From contig JBEKJG010000009.1 of NCBI GenBank assembly GCA_050011355.1, positions 13,521 to 77,520 on the forward strand: 64,000 nt of DNA, in the 5' to 3' direction. Shown here piece by piece: positions 9,482 through 18,794 of the stretch (the first letter of the stretch is position 1; every line of letters begins with the position of its first letter). The DNA is from Thermoplasmata archaeon. GTDB taxonomy: Archaea > Thermoplasmatota > Thermoplasmata > Lutacidiplasmatales > UBA184. The notes below the pieces were generated by a model that made no database searches, was not told the origin of the DNA, and saw only the letters and a list, made by a program, of their open reading frames with translations. The position numbers and the translations under genes are program-made.

Positions 9482-9805
9482 ATGCCGAACGCGAACCGCA
9501 CTCCGGACCTTTCGATGGCCGACCGCACGGCCCTCGCCGGGGAGATCCTCGGATCCGCCGTTCGCTTCCCGGCCGGACCGGGACTCGCCGCACCGGTCGA
9601 GGGCGTCGTGGTCGATGAATCGATGTCGCTCTACTTCGTTCGCGTCGCCGGACGCCCTCGCCCGTTGCGCATCCCGAAGCGCGGCACCGAGGGGACGATT
9701 CTCCTCGGCGGACGAGAGTTACCCTTAAGAGGCGAGACCCTTCGCGTGCGTCCCGAGGACCGCACGAAACGGCTGCTCGCCGGTGGCCCTCGGAGGTTCC
9801 GATGA
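9482..9805 (+). CDS. rnp1: RNase P protein component 1 (Rpp29/Pop4 homolog)
   Basis: Sits at the conserved archaeal position between rpl29 and rps17. Sm-like core [28 protein letters not shown]...[15 protein letters not shown] overlap with rps17. Confidence 0.7.
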   Translation: MPNANRTPDLSMADRTALAGEILGSAVRFPAGPGLAAPVEGVVVDESMSLYFVRVAGRPRPLRIPKRGTEGTILLGGRELPLRGETLRVRPEDRTKRLLAGGPRRFR

Positions 9806-10224
9806 CTCCCGCACGTACCACGTCCGCTCGCCGGGCCCGGGACATCGGTCTCGACGTCCGGGCGCCCAAGACGCGGTGCGACGACCGCCACTGTCCGTTC
9901 CACGGTCGCCTGCCCGTCCGGGGCCAGGTCCTGGAGGGAACGGTCGTCTCGACCGGCATGCAGCGCACCGCGGTGGTCGAGCGCACGCTCCTCCACTTCG
10001 TTCCGAAGTACGAGCGCTACGAGAAGCGTCGCCGCCGCTACCTCGCCCACGCCCCCCCCTGCCTCAACGTGCCGGTCGGCCACCGGGTCCGCATCGCGGA
10101 GACCCGCCCGCTCTCCAAGCTCGTCTCCTTCTGCATCGTCGAGGACCTCGGCGAGGCGGCCCGTCGGGTGAAGTCCGAGGAGCCGGTCGAGGTCGTGTCG
10201 CCCCCGTCGGAGGAGGAGGCATGA
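9802..10224 (+). CDS. rps17: 30S ribosomal protein uS17 (acidic C-terminal tail)
   Basis: [35 protein letters not shown]...[11 protein letters not shown]. Confidence 0.9.
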   Translation: MTPARTTSARRARDIGLDVRAPKTRCDDRHCPFHGRLPVRGQVLEGTVVSTGMQRTAVVERTLLHFVPKYERYEKRRRRYLAHAPPCLNVPVGHRVRIAETRPLSKLVSFCIVEDLGEAARRVKSEEPVEVVSPPSEEEA

Positions 10225-10619
10225 AGGGACTCGCCGGCCGTCGCGGCCGCGGGCTGCCGAAGGGCGCCCGTCTGGACTGCGTCGACAACACGGGCGCCAA
10301 GATCGTCGAGATCATCGCCGTGCGCAACTGGCACGGGACCCACCGCCGCTACCCGCGGGCGGGGATCGCCGACCTCATCATCGTCTCGGTGAAGAAGGGA
10401 ACCCCCGAGATGCGGCGGCAGGTGCTCCATGCGGTCATCGTCCGCTCGCGCTCGCCGATCCGGCGGGCCGACGGGACCCGCCTTCAGTTCGAGGACAACG
10501 CCGCGGTCATCACGACCGAGACCGGCGAGATCAAGGGCTCCCAGATCAAGGGGCCGGTGGCGAAGGAGGCCGCCGAGCGCTGGCCGCGGATCGCGGCCGC
10601 CTCGTCGATCATCGTCTAG
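10221..10619 (+). CDS. rpl14: 50S ribosomal protein uL14
   Basis: ATG 10221 preceded by GGAGGAGG. Motifs: [15 protein letters not shown] and FEDNAAVI. Confidence 0.95.
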   Translation: MKGLAGRRGRGLPKGARLDCVDNTGAKIVEIIAVRNWHGTHRRYPRAGIADLIIVSVKKGTPEMRRQVLHAVIVRSRSPIRRADGTRLQFEDNAAVITTETGEIKGSQIKGPVAKEAAERWPRIAAASSIIV

Positions 10620-10629
10620 GAGGTTCTTC

Positions 10630-11181
10630 ATGTCGACGCTCTCCCCGCACTCCCCCCGACGCCAGCGGAAGTCCGTCTACGAGGCGACGACGTTCGAGCG
10701 CCGCATCCTGATGACCGTCCCGCTCTCGCGGGACCTGCGACGCCGCTTCCGGCGCCGGTCGGTGCCGCTCCGCAAGGGCGACACGGTCATGGTGATGTCC
10801 GGCAGCTTCGCCGGCCGGGAGGAGCGGGTCGCGAAGATCGACCGACGGGGCTACAGCGTGACCCTCGACAACGTGACGCTCAAGTCCGGTGAATCCAAGC
10901 TCAAACCGCTCGCGATCAAGACCAGCCACCTCGTGCTCACGAAGCTCAACCTGGCCGACGCCTGGCGCCGGCGCACCCTCCAGGTCTCGGAAGGCGAGGT
11001 CACCCCCGAAGAGCGGGGCGAGGCCCCGGAAGCGGCGGAAGCCGAGCCCGTGGCCGTGACCCCTGCCGAGACGAAGGTCGATGAGCCCGCCGCCTCGACC
11101 GAGGACGCTACCCCGGCGAAGGCCCCCCGCGCCCCGCGCAAGCGCGCCGCCCCCGCCGCGCCGAAGGAGGAGGACGCATGA
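10630..11181 (+). CDS. rpl24: 50S ribosomal protein uL24 with an A/P/E-rich C-terminal extension
   Basis: ATG 10630. KOW block VPLRKGDTVMVMSGSFAGREERVAKID. The C-terminal ~75 aa are low complexity. Confidence 0.88.
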   Translation: MSTLSPHSPRRQRKSVYEATTFERRILMTVPLSRDLRRRFRRRSVPLRKGDTVMVMSGSFAGREERVAKIDRRGYSVTLDNVTLKSGESKLKPLAIKTSHLVLTKLNLADAWRRRTLQVSEGEVTPEERGEAPEAAEAEPVAVTPAETKVDEPAASTEDATPAKAPRAPRKRAAPAAPKEEDA

Positions 11182-11894
11182 CGTTCCGCCTGAAGCGCCG
11201 GGCCGCGCCCCGCGCCTGGACGATCCCGCGCAAGGGCACCAAGTGGGTGAAGCGCCCCGGCCCCGGTCCCCACGCGCAGGACCAGTCGATCCCGCTCCTC
11301 CTCGTCCTCCGCGACCTCCGGCACATCGTGCGGAGCGCGCGGGAGGCGAGCCTCCTGCTCCGCTCGGGGGCGGTCAAGGTCGACGGCCAGGTCTCCAAGG
11401 ACCTCGACCGGGGCCTCGGCCTCATGGACACCATCTCGTTCGCCGCGCCGCTGGACGCCCACTTCCGGGTCGTCAAGGACCGACGGGGCAAGCTGGTCCT
11501 GGTCGCGATCCCGTCCACGGAAGCCGGCCTCAAACTCGCCCGGGTCCGATTCAAGCACACCGTCCCGACCGGCAAGGTCGAGGTGACGCTCCACGACGGT
11601 CGCAACCTCCTGGTCGCGGCGACCACCCCCTACCGCGTCGGGGACTCCGTCAAGATCGAGGTCCCGACCCAGAAGGTCGTCGACCACCTCAAGCTCGCGC
11701 CCGGTGCCCTCGCCTTCGTCGCGGGCGGCTCCCACGTCGGTCAGCTCGCCCGCGTCGAGCGCGTCGAGGTCCGCAACTCCTCGCAGCCGAACCTCGTCCA
11801 CTTCGCCGAGGGGTTCTCCACGATCAAGGACTACGTCTACGTCGTCGGCCAGAAGACCCCCGAGGTCACGCTCGCCGAGGGAGTGGAGCGATGA
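11178..11894 (+). CDS. rps4e: 30S ribosomal protein eS4
   Basis: LKRRAAPRAWTIPRKGTKWVKRPGPGPH...VKVDGQV. Archaea/eukaryote-specific protein at its conserved position. Confidence 0.93.
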   Translation: MTFRLKRRAAPRAWTIPRKGTKWVKRPGPGPHAQDQSIPLLLVLRDLRHIVRSAREASLLLRSGAVKVDGQVSKDLDRGLGLMDTISFAAPLDAHFRVVKDRRGKLVLVAIPSTEAGLKLARVRFKHTVPTGKVEVTLHDGRNLLVAATTPYRVGDSVKIEVPTQKVVDHLKLAPGALAFVAGGSHVGQLARVERVEVRNSSQPNLVHFAEGFSTIKDYVYVVGQKTPEVTLAEGVER

Positions 11895-12451
11895 GCGCCT
11901 CCCCCTCTGCCGTACCGTCGCCCGCCGCCGGGGCCGCGCCCGTCAACCCGTACAAGGCCGTCCGCGTGATCAAGGTCGTGGTCAACTCGGGCGTCGGAGA
12001 GTCGGGCGAGGCGCGCACGAAGGCCGAGCGGGTCCTCCAGATGCTCACCCGCCAGAAGCCGATCGCCACGCGCGCCCACTCGACCAACCGGGATTTCGGG
12101 ATCCGCGAGGGCCAGGAGATCGGGGCGAAGGTCACGCTGCGCGGCAGCGCGGCCGTGGAGTTCCTCCAGCGGGCGTTCGAGGCCCGCGACCGCCAGCTGG
12201 ACGGCGACTCGATCGACCGCAGCGGCAACTTCTCCTTCGGGGTCGCGGACTACACCGATTTCTCCGGAATGAAGTACGACCCCCAGATCGGGATCCAGGG
12301 GATGGACGTCTCGGTCGAGGTCGGCCGGGCCGGCTACCGCGTCCGCAACCGGCGCCTGCAATCCCGCCCGCTCCCCCGGGAGCTCCGCTCCTCCCGCGAC
12401 GAGACCCGCGCCCTGCTCACGAGCACGTTCGGAGTGACGCTGCTCGACTAG
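11891..12451 (+). CDS. rpl5: 50S ribosomal protein uL5
   Basis: ATG 11891 (ATGA overlap). Motifs: IKVVVNSGVGESGE and GNFSFGVADYTDFSGMKYDPQIGIQGMDVSV. Confidence 0.92.
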   Translation: MSASPSAVPSPAAGAAPVNPYKAVRVIKVVVNSGVGESGEARTKAERVLQMLTRQKPIATRAHSTNRDFGIREGQEIGAKVTLRGSAAVEFLQRAFEARDRQLDGDSIDRSGNFSFGVADYTDFSGMKYDPQIGIQGMDVSVEVGRAGYRVRNRRLQSRPLPRELRSSRDETRALLTSTFGVTLLD

Positions 12452-12466
12452 TCGGAGGACGTTCAC

Positions 12467-12613
12467 ATGAAACCCAAGAAACTGTTCGGACGGAAGGTGG
12501 GCTGCCTCCGGTGCGACCGCAAGCGGGGCATCGTTCGGCGCTACGGTCTCCACCTCTGCCGCCAGTGCTTCCGTGAGGTCGCGATGGACCTCGGGTTCAG
12601 AAAATACCAGTAG
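12467..12613 (+). CDS. rps14: 30S ribosomal protein uS14 (zinc-ribbon type)
   Basis: Absent from the ORF track because it is under 60 aa. Hand translation: [48 protein letters not shown]. Has CxxC...CxxC and the canonical slot between rpl5 and rps8. Confidence 0.85.
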   Translation: MKPKKLFGRKVGCLRCDRKRGIVRRYGLHLCRQCFREVAMDLGFRKYQ

Positions 12614-12622
12614 GAGGTCCTC

Positions 12623-13012
12623 ATGCAACACGATCTACTGAACGACGCGCTCGTCACCCTCCGGCACGCCGACGCCGAGGGCCAGCCGCACGTCCGCCTG
12701 GCCCCGACCTCGAAGCTGATCGCGGAGGTCCTCCGGATCTTCCGCGAGCACCAGTTCATCGAGGAGTTCACGTTCGTCTCGAACGGCCGCGGAGGCGAGT
12801 ACGACGTCAAGCTGTCGCGCCGCATCAACTCCTGCGGTGTGATCAAGCCCCGCATCGCGATCCCGGCGGCCCGCCTCGAGCGGTACGAGGCCCGCTTCCT
12901 CCCCGCCCAGGACTTCGGACTGCTCGTCCTCTCCACCAACCAGGGCGTCGTCTCGCACCGCGAGGCGCGCGAGAAGAAGATCGGAGGTCGGCTGCTCGCC
13001 TATGTCTACTGA
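12623..13012 (+). CDS. rps8: 30S ribosomal protein uS8
   Basis: AGGAGG sits 6 nt upstream. Motifs: DLLNDALVTLRHADAEG and LVLSTNQGVVSHREAREKKIGGRLLAYVY. Confidence 0.93.
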   Translation: MQHDLLNDALVTLRHADAEGQPHVRLAPTSKLIAEVLRIFREHQFIEEFTFVSNGRGGEYDVKLSRRINSCGVIKPRIAIPAARLERYEARFLPAQDFGLLVLSTNQGVVSHREAREKKIGGRLLAYVY

Positions 13013-13565
13013 CGCGGACCGCACGCACGCGACCGTCGACGTCCCCCAGGGCGTCACGCTGACCGTCGAGGGGCGGCGGCTGAAGGCGAAGGGCCCGCTC
13101 GGCACCGCCGAGCGCCCGTTCCCGGCCGACGTCGTCTCGCTCGAGGTCAAGGACGGTGTCGCCAAGCTCACGCTCCTCCTGCCGCCGGGCCGCCGCACCT
13201 CGCAGGCGCTCCTCGGCACCTGGGCCGCGCACGTCCGCAACCTCGTCGCGGGCCTGACCCTCGGCGTCGAGGCGAAGCTCAAGGTCGTCGCCGCCCACTT
13301 CCCGATGAAGGTCTCCGTCCGGGGCACCGACCTCGTGATCGAGAACTTCCTGGGCGAGAAGTACCCCCGGACCGCCCACCTGGTGCCCGGCACGGCCGCG
13401 ACGGTCGAGGGCGAGTTCGTCATCCTCACCGGCACCGACATCGAGCTGGTCGGCCAGAGCGGCGCGAACATCGAGCGCGCCACGCGGATCCGCGACTACG
13501 ACCCGCGCGTGTTCCAGGACGGCATCTACCTGACCGAGCGTTCCCACTTCAAGGGGGCCAGCTGA
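13002..13565 (+). CDS. rpl6: 50S ribosomal protein uL6
   Basis: VPQGVTLTVEGRRLKAKGPLG...HFPMKVSVRG...VIENFLGEK. Confidence 0.92.
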   Translation: MSTDADRTHATVDVPQGVTLTVEGRRLKAKGPLGTAERPFPADVVSLEVKDGVAKLTLLLPPGRRTSQALLGTWAAHVRNLVAGLTLGVEAKLKVVAAHFPMKVSVRGTDLVIENFLGEKYPRTAHLVPGTAATVEGEFVILTGTDIELVGQSGANIERATRIRDYDPRVFQDGIYLTERSHFKGAS

Positions 13566-14164
13566 TGGCGGACGAGGAGACCTCGACCCCATCGGCCGCT
13601 CCCGCCACCTCCCGCCGGTCGAAGGCCACCCCCCGGAAGGACAGCGCCCCGACCGAAGGGAAGGCGAGCAGTGCCGCCCCCTCGACCTCCAAGGACGAGC
13701 CCTCGCCGAAGTCCAAGGGGAAGGCCGACGCCGAGGTGCGCATCCCGAAACGGGCCGCGCTCCCTCCGGCACGCGCCGCCCACCTCAAGCTCCGCAAGGT
13801 GATCGACGGCCGACGTCCGATCTTCGGGCGCCAGGCGGCCAACCGCTACTACCGGATCGGGCGCGACCTCTCCTGGCGCCGCCCCCGGGGCCTGCAGTCC
13901 AAGCAGCGCCGCCACTACGGCTACCGGGCGAAGATCGTCCGGGTCGGCTACGGCTCCCCCCGGGACGTCCGGGGACTCGTCCCGAGCGGCTACCGCCCCA
14001 TCATCGTCCACCACGTCGACGAACTCGGCGGCCTCGACCCGAAGCTCGAGGCGGCCATCATCGCCCGGACCGTCGGGACCCGGCGCCGCCTCGGCCTCGA
14101 GGAAGCGGCCCGCAAGCTCGGCATCCGGGTCCTGAACCCGATCGCGACCCCCGGCGAGGAGTGA
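13565..14164 (+). CDS. rpl32e: 50S ribosomal protein eL32 with a ~65-aa K/S/P/A-rich N-terminal extension
   Basis: Core is FGRQAANRYYRIGRDLSWRRPRGLQSKQRRHYGYRAKIVRVGYGSP. ATGA overlap with rpl6. Confidence 0.85.
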   Translation: MADEETSTPSAAPATSRRSKATPRKDSAPTEGKASSAAPSTSKDEPSPKSKGKADAEVRIPKRAALPPARAAHLKLRKVIDGRRPIFGRQAANRYYRIGRDLSWRRPRGLQSKQRRHYGYRAKIVRVGYGSPRDVRGLVPSGYRPIIVHHVDELGGLDPKLEAAIIARTVGTRRRLGLEEAARKLGIRVLNPIATPGEE

Positions 14165-14170
14165 CGAATC

Positions 14171-14629
14171 ATGCCCGATCTTTCGAACCAGCGCCGTCTC
14201 GCCGCCGCGTTGCTGAAGTGCGGGGAGGGACGCGTCTTCCTCGACCCGGCGAGCCAGGAGGACCTGGCCGACGCGGTGACCCGCGCCGACATCCGGGGCG
14301 CCATCAAGGCCGGCGTCATCCGGCGCAAGGCGATCATCGGCACCTCCCGCGCCCGGGCCCGCCGCCGCGCGGACGAGGTCGCGAAGGGCCGCCACCAGGG
14401 ACCCGGTTCGCGCAAGGGGACCCCCTCCTCCCGACTGCCGCGCAAGGCCCGCTGGATGCGCCGCATCCGCGCCCAGCGCGCCCTGCTCGCGGAGCTGCGG
14501 GGCGAGAAGAAGATCCCGCCCGCGGTCTACCGCGAGTTCTACCGGCGCGCGAAGGGCGGCATGTTCCGCAGCCGCGCCCACATGGTCCAGAACCTGAAGC
14601 TCGCCGGCCACCTCCCGGAGTCCGCATGA
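14171..14629 (+). CDS. rpl19e: 50S ribosomal protein eL19
   Basis: [23 protein letters not shown]...[25 protein letters not shown]. Confidence 0.92.
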   Translation: MPDLSNQRRLAAALLKCGEGRVFLDPASQEDLADAVTRADIRGAIKAGVIRRKAIIGTSRARARRRADEVAKGRHQGPGSRKGTPSSRLPRKARWMRRIRAQRALLAELRGEKKIPPAVYREFYRRAKGGMFRSRAHMVQNLKLAGHLPESA

Positions 14630-15150
14630 GCACCGGTCCCCGCTTCCGCGTGCACTTCCGCCGCCGCCGCGAGGGACGCACCGACTATCGCGTCCGCTTG
14701 AAGCTCCTCAAGTCCGGACGCCCTCGGGCCGTCGTCCGGCTCTCCGAGCGCCGCGTCCGCGTCTCACTGGTCGAGTTCGACCCGACGGGCGACCGCGTGC
14801 TCGCGACCGCCGACTCGGCCGAGCTCGCCGGGATCGAGTTCCCCTCGGGCAGCTTCGCGTCCACTCCGGCCGCCTACCTCACCGCCTACCTCGCGGGCCT
14901 CCGGGCCAAGGCGAACGGGCGCGAGGAGGCCGTCCTGGACGTCGGCATCCGCCGACCGACCGCGGGAGGCCGCCTCTCGGCGGCGCTCAAGGGCCTGCTC
15001 GACTCCGGCCTCGAGATCCCGCACGGCGAGGGGGGATTCCCGTCCGCCGACCGACTCGAGGGCGCGCACCTTCCGAAGAAGCTCCCCCACCCGCTCGAGA
15101 CCTACCGGGCGAAGCTCTCCACCATCGTGACCCGACCGGAGGCGGCGTGA
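14626..15150 (+). CDS. rpl18: 50S ribosomal protein uL18
   Basis: ATG 14626 (ATGA overlap). [39 protein letters not shown]. Confidence 0.9.
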   Translation: MSTGPRFRVHFRRRREGRTDYRVRLKLLKSGRPRAVVRLSERRVRVSLVEFDPTGDRVLATADSAELAGIEFPSGSFASTPAAYLTAYLAGLRAKANGREEAVLDVGIRRPTAGGRLSAALKGLLDSGLEIPHGEGGFPSADRLEGAHLPKKLPHPLETYRAKLSTIVTRPEAA

Positions 15151-16049
15151 GCGGCGCGGTCTCCGGACCCCCGCGCGAGCGGGGCGGCTACGGCGGCGGC
15201 GGGCCCCCGGCTCCCCCGCCCTGGGTCCCCCGGACCGAGCTCGGCAAGCGGGTCGCCGCGGACGAGATCAAGTCGATGAGCGAGGCGCTCGCGACGGGCC
15301 TTCCGCTCCGCGAGTCGCAGATCGTCGACAAGCTCCTCCCCGGCCTCCACGACGAGGTCCTGGATGTGAACATGGTCCAGCGGATGACCGACTCCGGTCG
15401 TCGGTTCAAGTTCGCCGTGACGGTCGTCGTCGGGAACGGCGACGGGTTCGTCGGCCTCGGCCGGGCCAAGGGGCGCGAGGTCGGGCCCACGATCCGGCGC
15501 GCGATCGACCGGGCCAAGCTCGAGATCGTCGAGATCCTCCGGGGATGCGGCAGCTGGGAATGCGGTTGCGGACGCGCCCACTCGCTGCCCTTCCAGGTCC
15601 AGGGCCGCGCCGGCTCGGTGGTCGTCTCGTTCCGCCCCGCGCCCCGCGGGGTCGGCCTCGCGGTCGGCGACGTGGCCAAGCCCGTCCTCCGGTTCGCGGG
15701 GATCACCGACGCCTGGGGGTACACCGACGGTCACACCAAGACGACCGTGAACTACGCCCAGGCGGCGTACGGCGCCCTGGTCGCTCTGGCCCAGTTGAAG
15801 GTCCAGACCGCCGACGCGGAGCATTTGAAGATCGTTCGGGGCCCCACCGGGACTTCCATCCTCCCGCCGAAGGAGGAGGGCGCCCGCCCGATGCGCGGCG
15901 GCCGGGGCCGCGGCCGCGGCCGGGGCGGTCCGGGCCGGGGCGGACCCGGCCGGGGACCTCCCGGCCGAGGCGGTCCTCCGGGCCGCGGCCCACCGCCGTC
16001 CGGTGGTCCGGGCGGTCCGCGCCGCGCCCCGCCCTCGGGAGGTGCCTAA
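15147..16049 (+). CDS. rps5: 30S ribosomal protein uS5 with an RG/PG-rich C-terminal tail
   Basis: GTG 15147 (GTGA overlap). Core is [39 protein letters not shown]. Tail is [45 protein letters not shown]. Confidence 0.9.
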   Translation: MSGAVSGPPRERGGYGGGGPPAPPPWVPRTELGKRVAADEIKSMSEALATGLPLRESQIVDKLLPGLHDEVLDVNMVQRMTDSGRRFKFAVTVVVGNGDGFVGLGRAKGREVGPTIRRAIDRAKLEIVEILRGCGSWECGCGRAHSLPFQVQGRAGSVVVSFRPAPRGVGLAVGDVAKPVLRFAGITDAWGYTDGHTKTTVNYAQAAYGALVALAQLKVQTADAEHLKIVRGPTGTSILPPKEEGARPMRGGRGRGRGRGGPGRGGPGRGPPGRGGPPGRGPPPSGGPGGPRRAPPSGGA

Positions 16050-16051
16050 CC

Positions 16052-16510
16052 ATGGGGTGGATGATCGTCCGCGTCCGTGGAACGATCCACGCCCGGCACG
16101 ATGTCGTCGACACGCTCCGTCTGCTCCACCTCACCCGCGCCAACCACGCGACCGTCGTCCCGGAGCGTCCGGAGTTCCGGGGGATGATCACGCGCATCCA
16201 GGGGTACGTCACGTGGGGGGAGGCCGACCCGAAGACGGTGGGGCTCCTCCTCGAGCACCGGGGCGTCACCGACTCTGGAGGGGCGATCACGCCCGAGGCC
16301 GTCCCGGCGATCGGCGGCGCGAAGGACCTGAAGGAGCTGGCCGCCCGCATCACGAAGGACGGTCTCCAGCCGGTCGAGGGGATCCGCCCGCTGTTCCGTC
16401 TCACCCCGCCCAAGGGCGGATGGCGCTCCACCAAGAAGCCGTTCGCCCGCGGCGGCGCGCTCGGCTACCGCGGCCCGAAGATCAACGAGCTCGTCCAACG
16501 GATGGTGTGA
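16052..16510 (+). CDS. rpl30: 50S ribosomal protein uL30
   Basis: ATG 16052. MIVRVRGTIHARHDVVDTLRLLHLTRANHATVV. Confidence 0.9.
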   Translation: MGWMIVRVRGTIHARHDVVDTLRLLHLTRANHATVVPERPEFRGMITRIQGYVTWGEADPKTVGLLLEHRGVTDSGGAITPEAVPAIGGAKDLKELAARITKDGLQPVEGIRPLFRLTPPKGGWRSTKKPFARGGALGYRGPKINELVQRMV

Positions 16511-16515
16511 GGTCG

Positions 16516-16953
16516 ATGCCGAGCCGCACGCGCAAGTTCCGGGGAAGCCGCACGCACGGTCGTGGGATCAAGGCGGGCCGGGGGGCCGGCAAGCAGGGCG
16601 GCCGGGGCAACGCCGGGCTGCACAAGTACAAGTTCAAGTCGATGCTCATCTACGCGCCCGACCACTTCGGCCGCCACGGCTTCAAGCGCCCGCCGAAGAT
16701 CGTCGAGCGTCCGATCTCGCTCAACGTGGGCCAGCTCGACGCCTTCGTACCCTACCTGCAGGCCGCGGGCGCGGTCGAACAGAAGGGCACGGAGTTCGTC
16801 GCCGACCTTTCCAAGGCCGGGATCGACCGCCTGCTCGGGGGCGGGACGCCCTCGGGAACGTGGCGCGTCTACGTCGCCCACGCCACCAAGCACGCCGGCG
16901 AGAAGGTCACGTTGCTGAAGGAACCCCCCGCCGGGCTCCCGGGAGCGGCGTAG
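16516..16953 (+). CDS. rpl15: 50S ribosomal protein uL15
   Basis: ATG 16516. RKFRGSRTHGRGIKAGRGAGKQGGRGNAG. Confidence 0.9.
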   Translation: MPSRTRKFRGSRTHGRGIKAGRGAGKQGGRGNAGLHKYKFKSMLIYAPDHFGRHGFKRPPKIVERPISLNVGQLDAFVPYLQAAGAVEQKGTEFVADLSKAGIDRLLGGGTPSGTWRVYVAHATKHAGEKVTLLKEPPAGLPGAA

Positions 16954-16993
16954 TCCCCTTCCTCGGGGGTCGACGGCGGTCCTCCCGTAGACT

Positions 16994-17001
16994 ATATTAA
17001 T
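16994..17001 (+). promoter_or_regulatory. TATA box (TATATTAA) upstream of secY
   Basis: A/T octamer in the 58-nt rpl15-secY spacer. Its centre is ~29 nt upstream of ATG 17027, consistent with a leaderless secY transcript. Confidence 0.5.
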
Positions 17002-17026
17002 TCGGCTCCGGGTGGAACTCGGCTTC

Positions 17027-18793
17027 ATGGCGGACGACGAGACCCCACGCGACCCGCGTTGGGCCATACCGCTCGCCGTCGTCGGCGCCATCCTTCTCGC
17101 GGTCACGTGGTACTGGGCGCAGCCGACGCTGATCGCGTTCGGCCTGATCGCCGGGGTCATCTTCATCGTGATGGGGGTGTTCTACCTCGGACTCTCCTAC
17201 ACCGGCTCGGGCTCGAAGCTGTACGGGCTGAAGCCGCTCACGACGCGGATGCCCGCGGTGTCGCAGCCGAAGGGCCACGTCCATTTCCGGACGAAGCTGT
17301 TCTGGACGATCGCCGTCCTGTTGATGTACTTCCTGCTGACGAACATCTTCCTCTTCGGCGTCGACCAGGCGACCGTCATCGACCTGTTCGCGAGCTACCG
17401 CGCCATCCTCGCGGGGGCGCAGGGGACGCTCATGCACCTCGGCATCGGCCCGATCGTCACCGGGTCGATCATCATGCAGCTGTTCACCGGCGCGAAGATC
17501 ATCAACCTCGACCTCACCGACGACGAGGACAAGGGAACCTACCAGGGGACCCAGAAGGTCCTCGTCATCGCCATGATCCTCGTGGAGGCCGTCCCGCAGG
17601 TCTACGGCTACCTCACCCCGTCCGCCTCGATCGTCACGAGCCTCGGCAACGCCTCGCCCGGGAACGGGCTGCTCCTCGCGAACACGATCATCATCGCCCA
17701 GCTCGTCTTCGGCAGCTACCTCGTCTTCCTGATGGACGAGGTCGTCTCGAAGTGGGGGATCGGCAGCGGGATCTCGCTGTTCATCGCCGCCGGGGTCTCG
17801 CAGCAGATCGTCCAGGGGACGCTCAATTGGGTGCCGCAGAATCCGTCGCTCGCGATCTCCGCGACCAATCCCCCGAGCGGCACGATCCCGAAGAGCCTGT
17901 GGTTCTTCACCCATTACAGCGCGAGCCAGATGGCGAGCGGAGGGTGGGAACAGGTCCTCTTACGTCAGCCGAACCCGATCGTCGCCCTCATCGGAACGGC
18001 CGCGATCTTCTTCCTGGTCGCCTGGACCGAGTCGACCCGCATCGAGCTGCCGCTCTCCCACGCCGAGGCCCGCGGGGCGCGGGGCCGGTACCCGCTGCGG
18101 CTGATCTACGCCTCGAACATCCCGGTCATCCTGATGAGCGCCCTGCTCGCCAACGTCTCGCTCTTCTCGATCCTGCTCTGGTCGAACTCCACCCTCTCCC
18201 GGTTCCCGATCTTCGGGCACCAGTGGTGGGTCGGGTCGTACCCGAGCGCCGCCCAGGCCACTCTGCTGGGGGTGAGTCAGACCCAGCCCTTGACCGGAGG
18301 TGCGTACTACCTGTCCACGGTCAATGGGCTCGAATCGTGGTTGCTCCCGATCCTGAACTTCCAGACCTACGGAGGATTCCTCTACGGCCACGCGTGGTGG
18401 CAGGGGCTCATCCACGTCGCCGTCTACTTCACGGCGATGGTCTGCGGCTCGATCCTCTTCGCCAAGTTCTGGATCCAGACGACCAACATGGGCCCGGAGG
18501 CCGTCGCCCGGCAGATCGAGGCGTCCGGCATGCAGATCCCCGGGTTCCGCCGCGAGCCGAGGGTGCTGCGGCGCGTGCTCGAACGCTACATCCCCGTCAT
18601 CACGGTCATCTCGGGCGCGGCCGTCGGCGCGCTCGCCGCCGGGGCGGACCTTATCGGAACGCTCGGCAATGCCAGCGGGACCGGAGTGCTGCTCATGGTG
18701 GGGATCATCATCAACCTGTACGAGGCGATGGGCCGCGAACAGCTGATGGAAATGAACCCGCTCCTCCGCCGCTTCCTCGGAGGCGAGTCGTAG
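17027..18793 (+). CDS. secY: Preprotein translocase subunit SecY (Sec61alpha) with a ~68-aa two-helix N-terminal extension
   Basis: The canonical SecY N-terminus (LKPLTTRMPAVSQPKGHVHFRTKLFWTIAVLLMYFLL) begins about 70 aa into the ORF. Also seen: GIGPIVTGSIIMQL, KWGIGSGISLFIAAGV, YASNIPVIL. The track ORF starts at GTG 17012; ATG 17027 fits the TATA spacing; ATG 17171 would remove the extension. Confidence 0.9.
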   Translation: MADDETPRDPRWAIPLAVVGAILLAVTWYWAQPTLIAFGLIAGVIFIVMGVFYLGLSYTGSGSKLYGLKPLTTRMPAVSQPKGHVHFRTKLFWTIAVLLMYFLLTNIFLFGVDQATVIDLFASYRAILAGAQGTLMHLGIGPIVTGSIIMQLFTGAKIINLDLTDDEDKGTYQGTQKVLVIAMILVEAVPQVYGYLTPSASIVTSLGNASPGNGLLLANTIIIAQLVFGSYLVFLMDEVVSKWGIGSGISLFIAAGVSQQIVQGTLNWVPQNPSLAISATNPPSGTIPKSLWFFTHYSASQMASGGWEQVLLRQPNPIVALIGTAAIFFLVAWTESTRIELPLSHAEARGARGRYPLRLIYASNIPVILMSALLANVSLFSILLWSNSTLSRFPIFGHQWWVGSYPSAAQATLLGVSQTQPLTGGAYYLSTVNGLESWLLPILNFQTYGGFLYGHAWWQGLIHVAVYFTAMVCGSILFAKFWIQTTNMGPEAVARQIEASGMQIPGFRREPRVLRRVLERYIPVITVISGAAVGALAAGADLIGTLGNASGTGVLLMVGIIINLYEAMGREQLMEMNPLLRRFLGGES

Positions 18794-18794
18794 G

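Noticed and set aside
15891-16046. Short GC-rich direct repeats (GGCCGCGGCC/GGGCGG units); considered as a possible repeat array
   Set aside because: The units are irregular, have no spacers, lie in frame inside rps5 and encode the RGG tail. This is not a CRISPR or a non-coding satellite.
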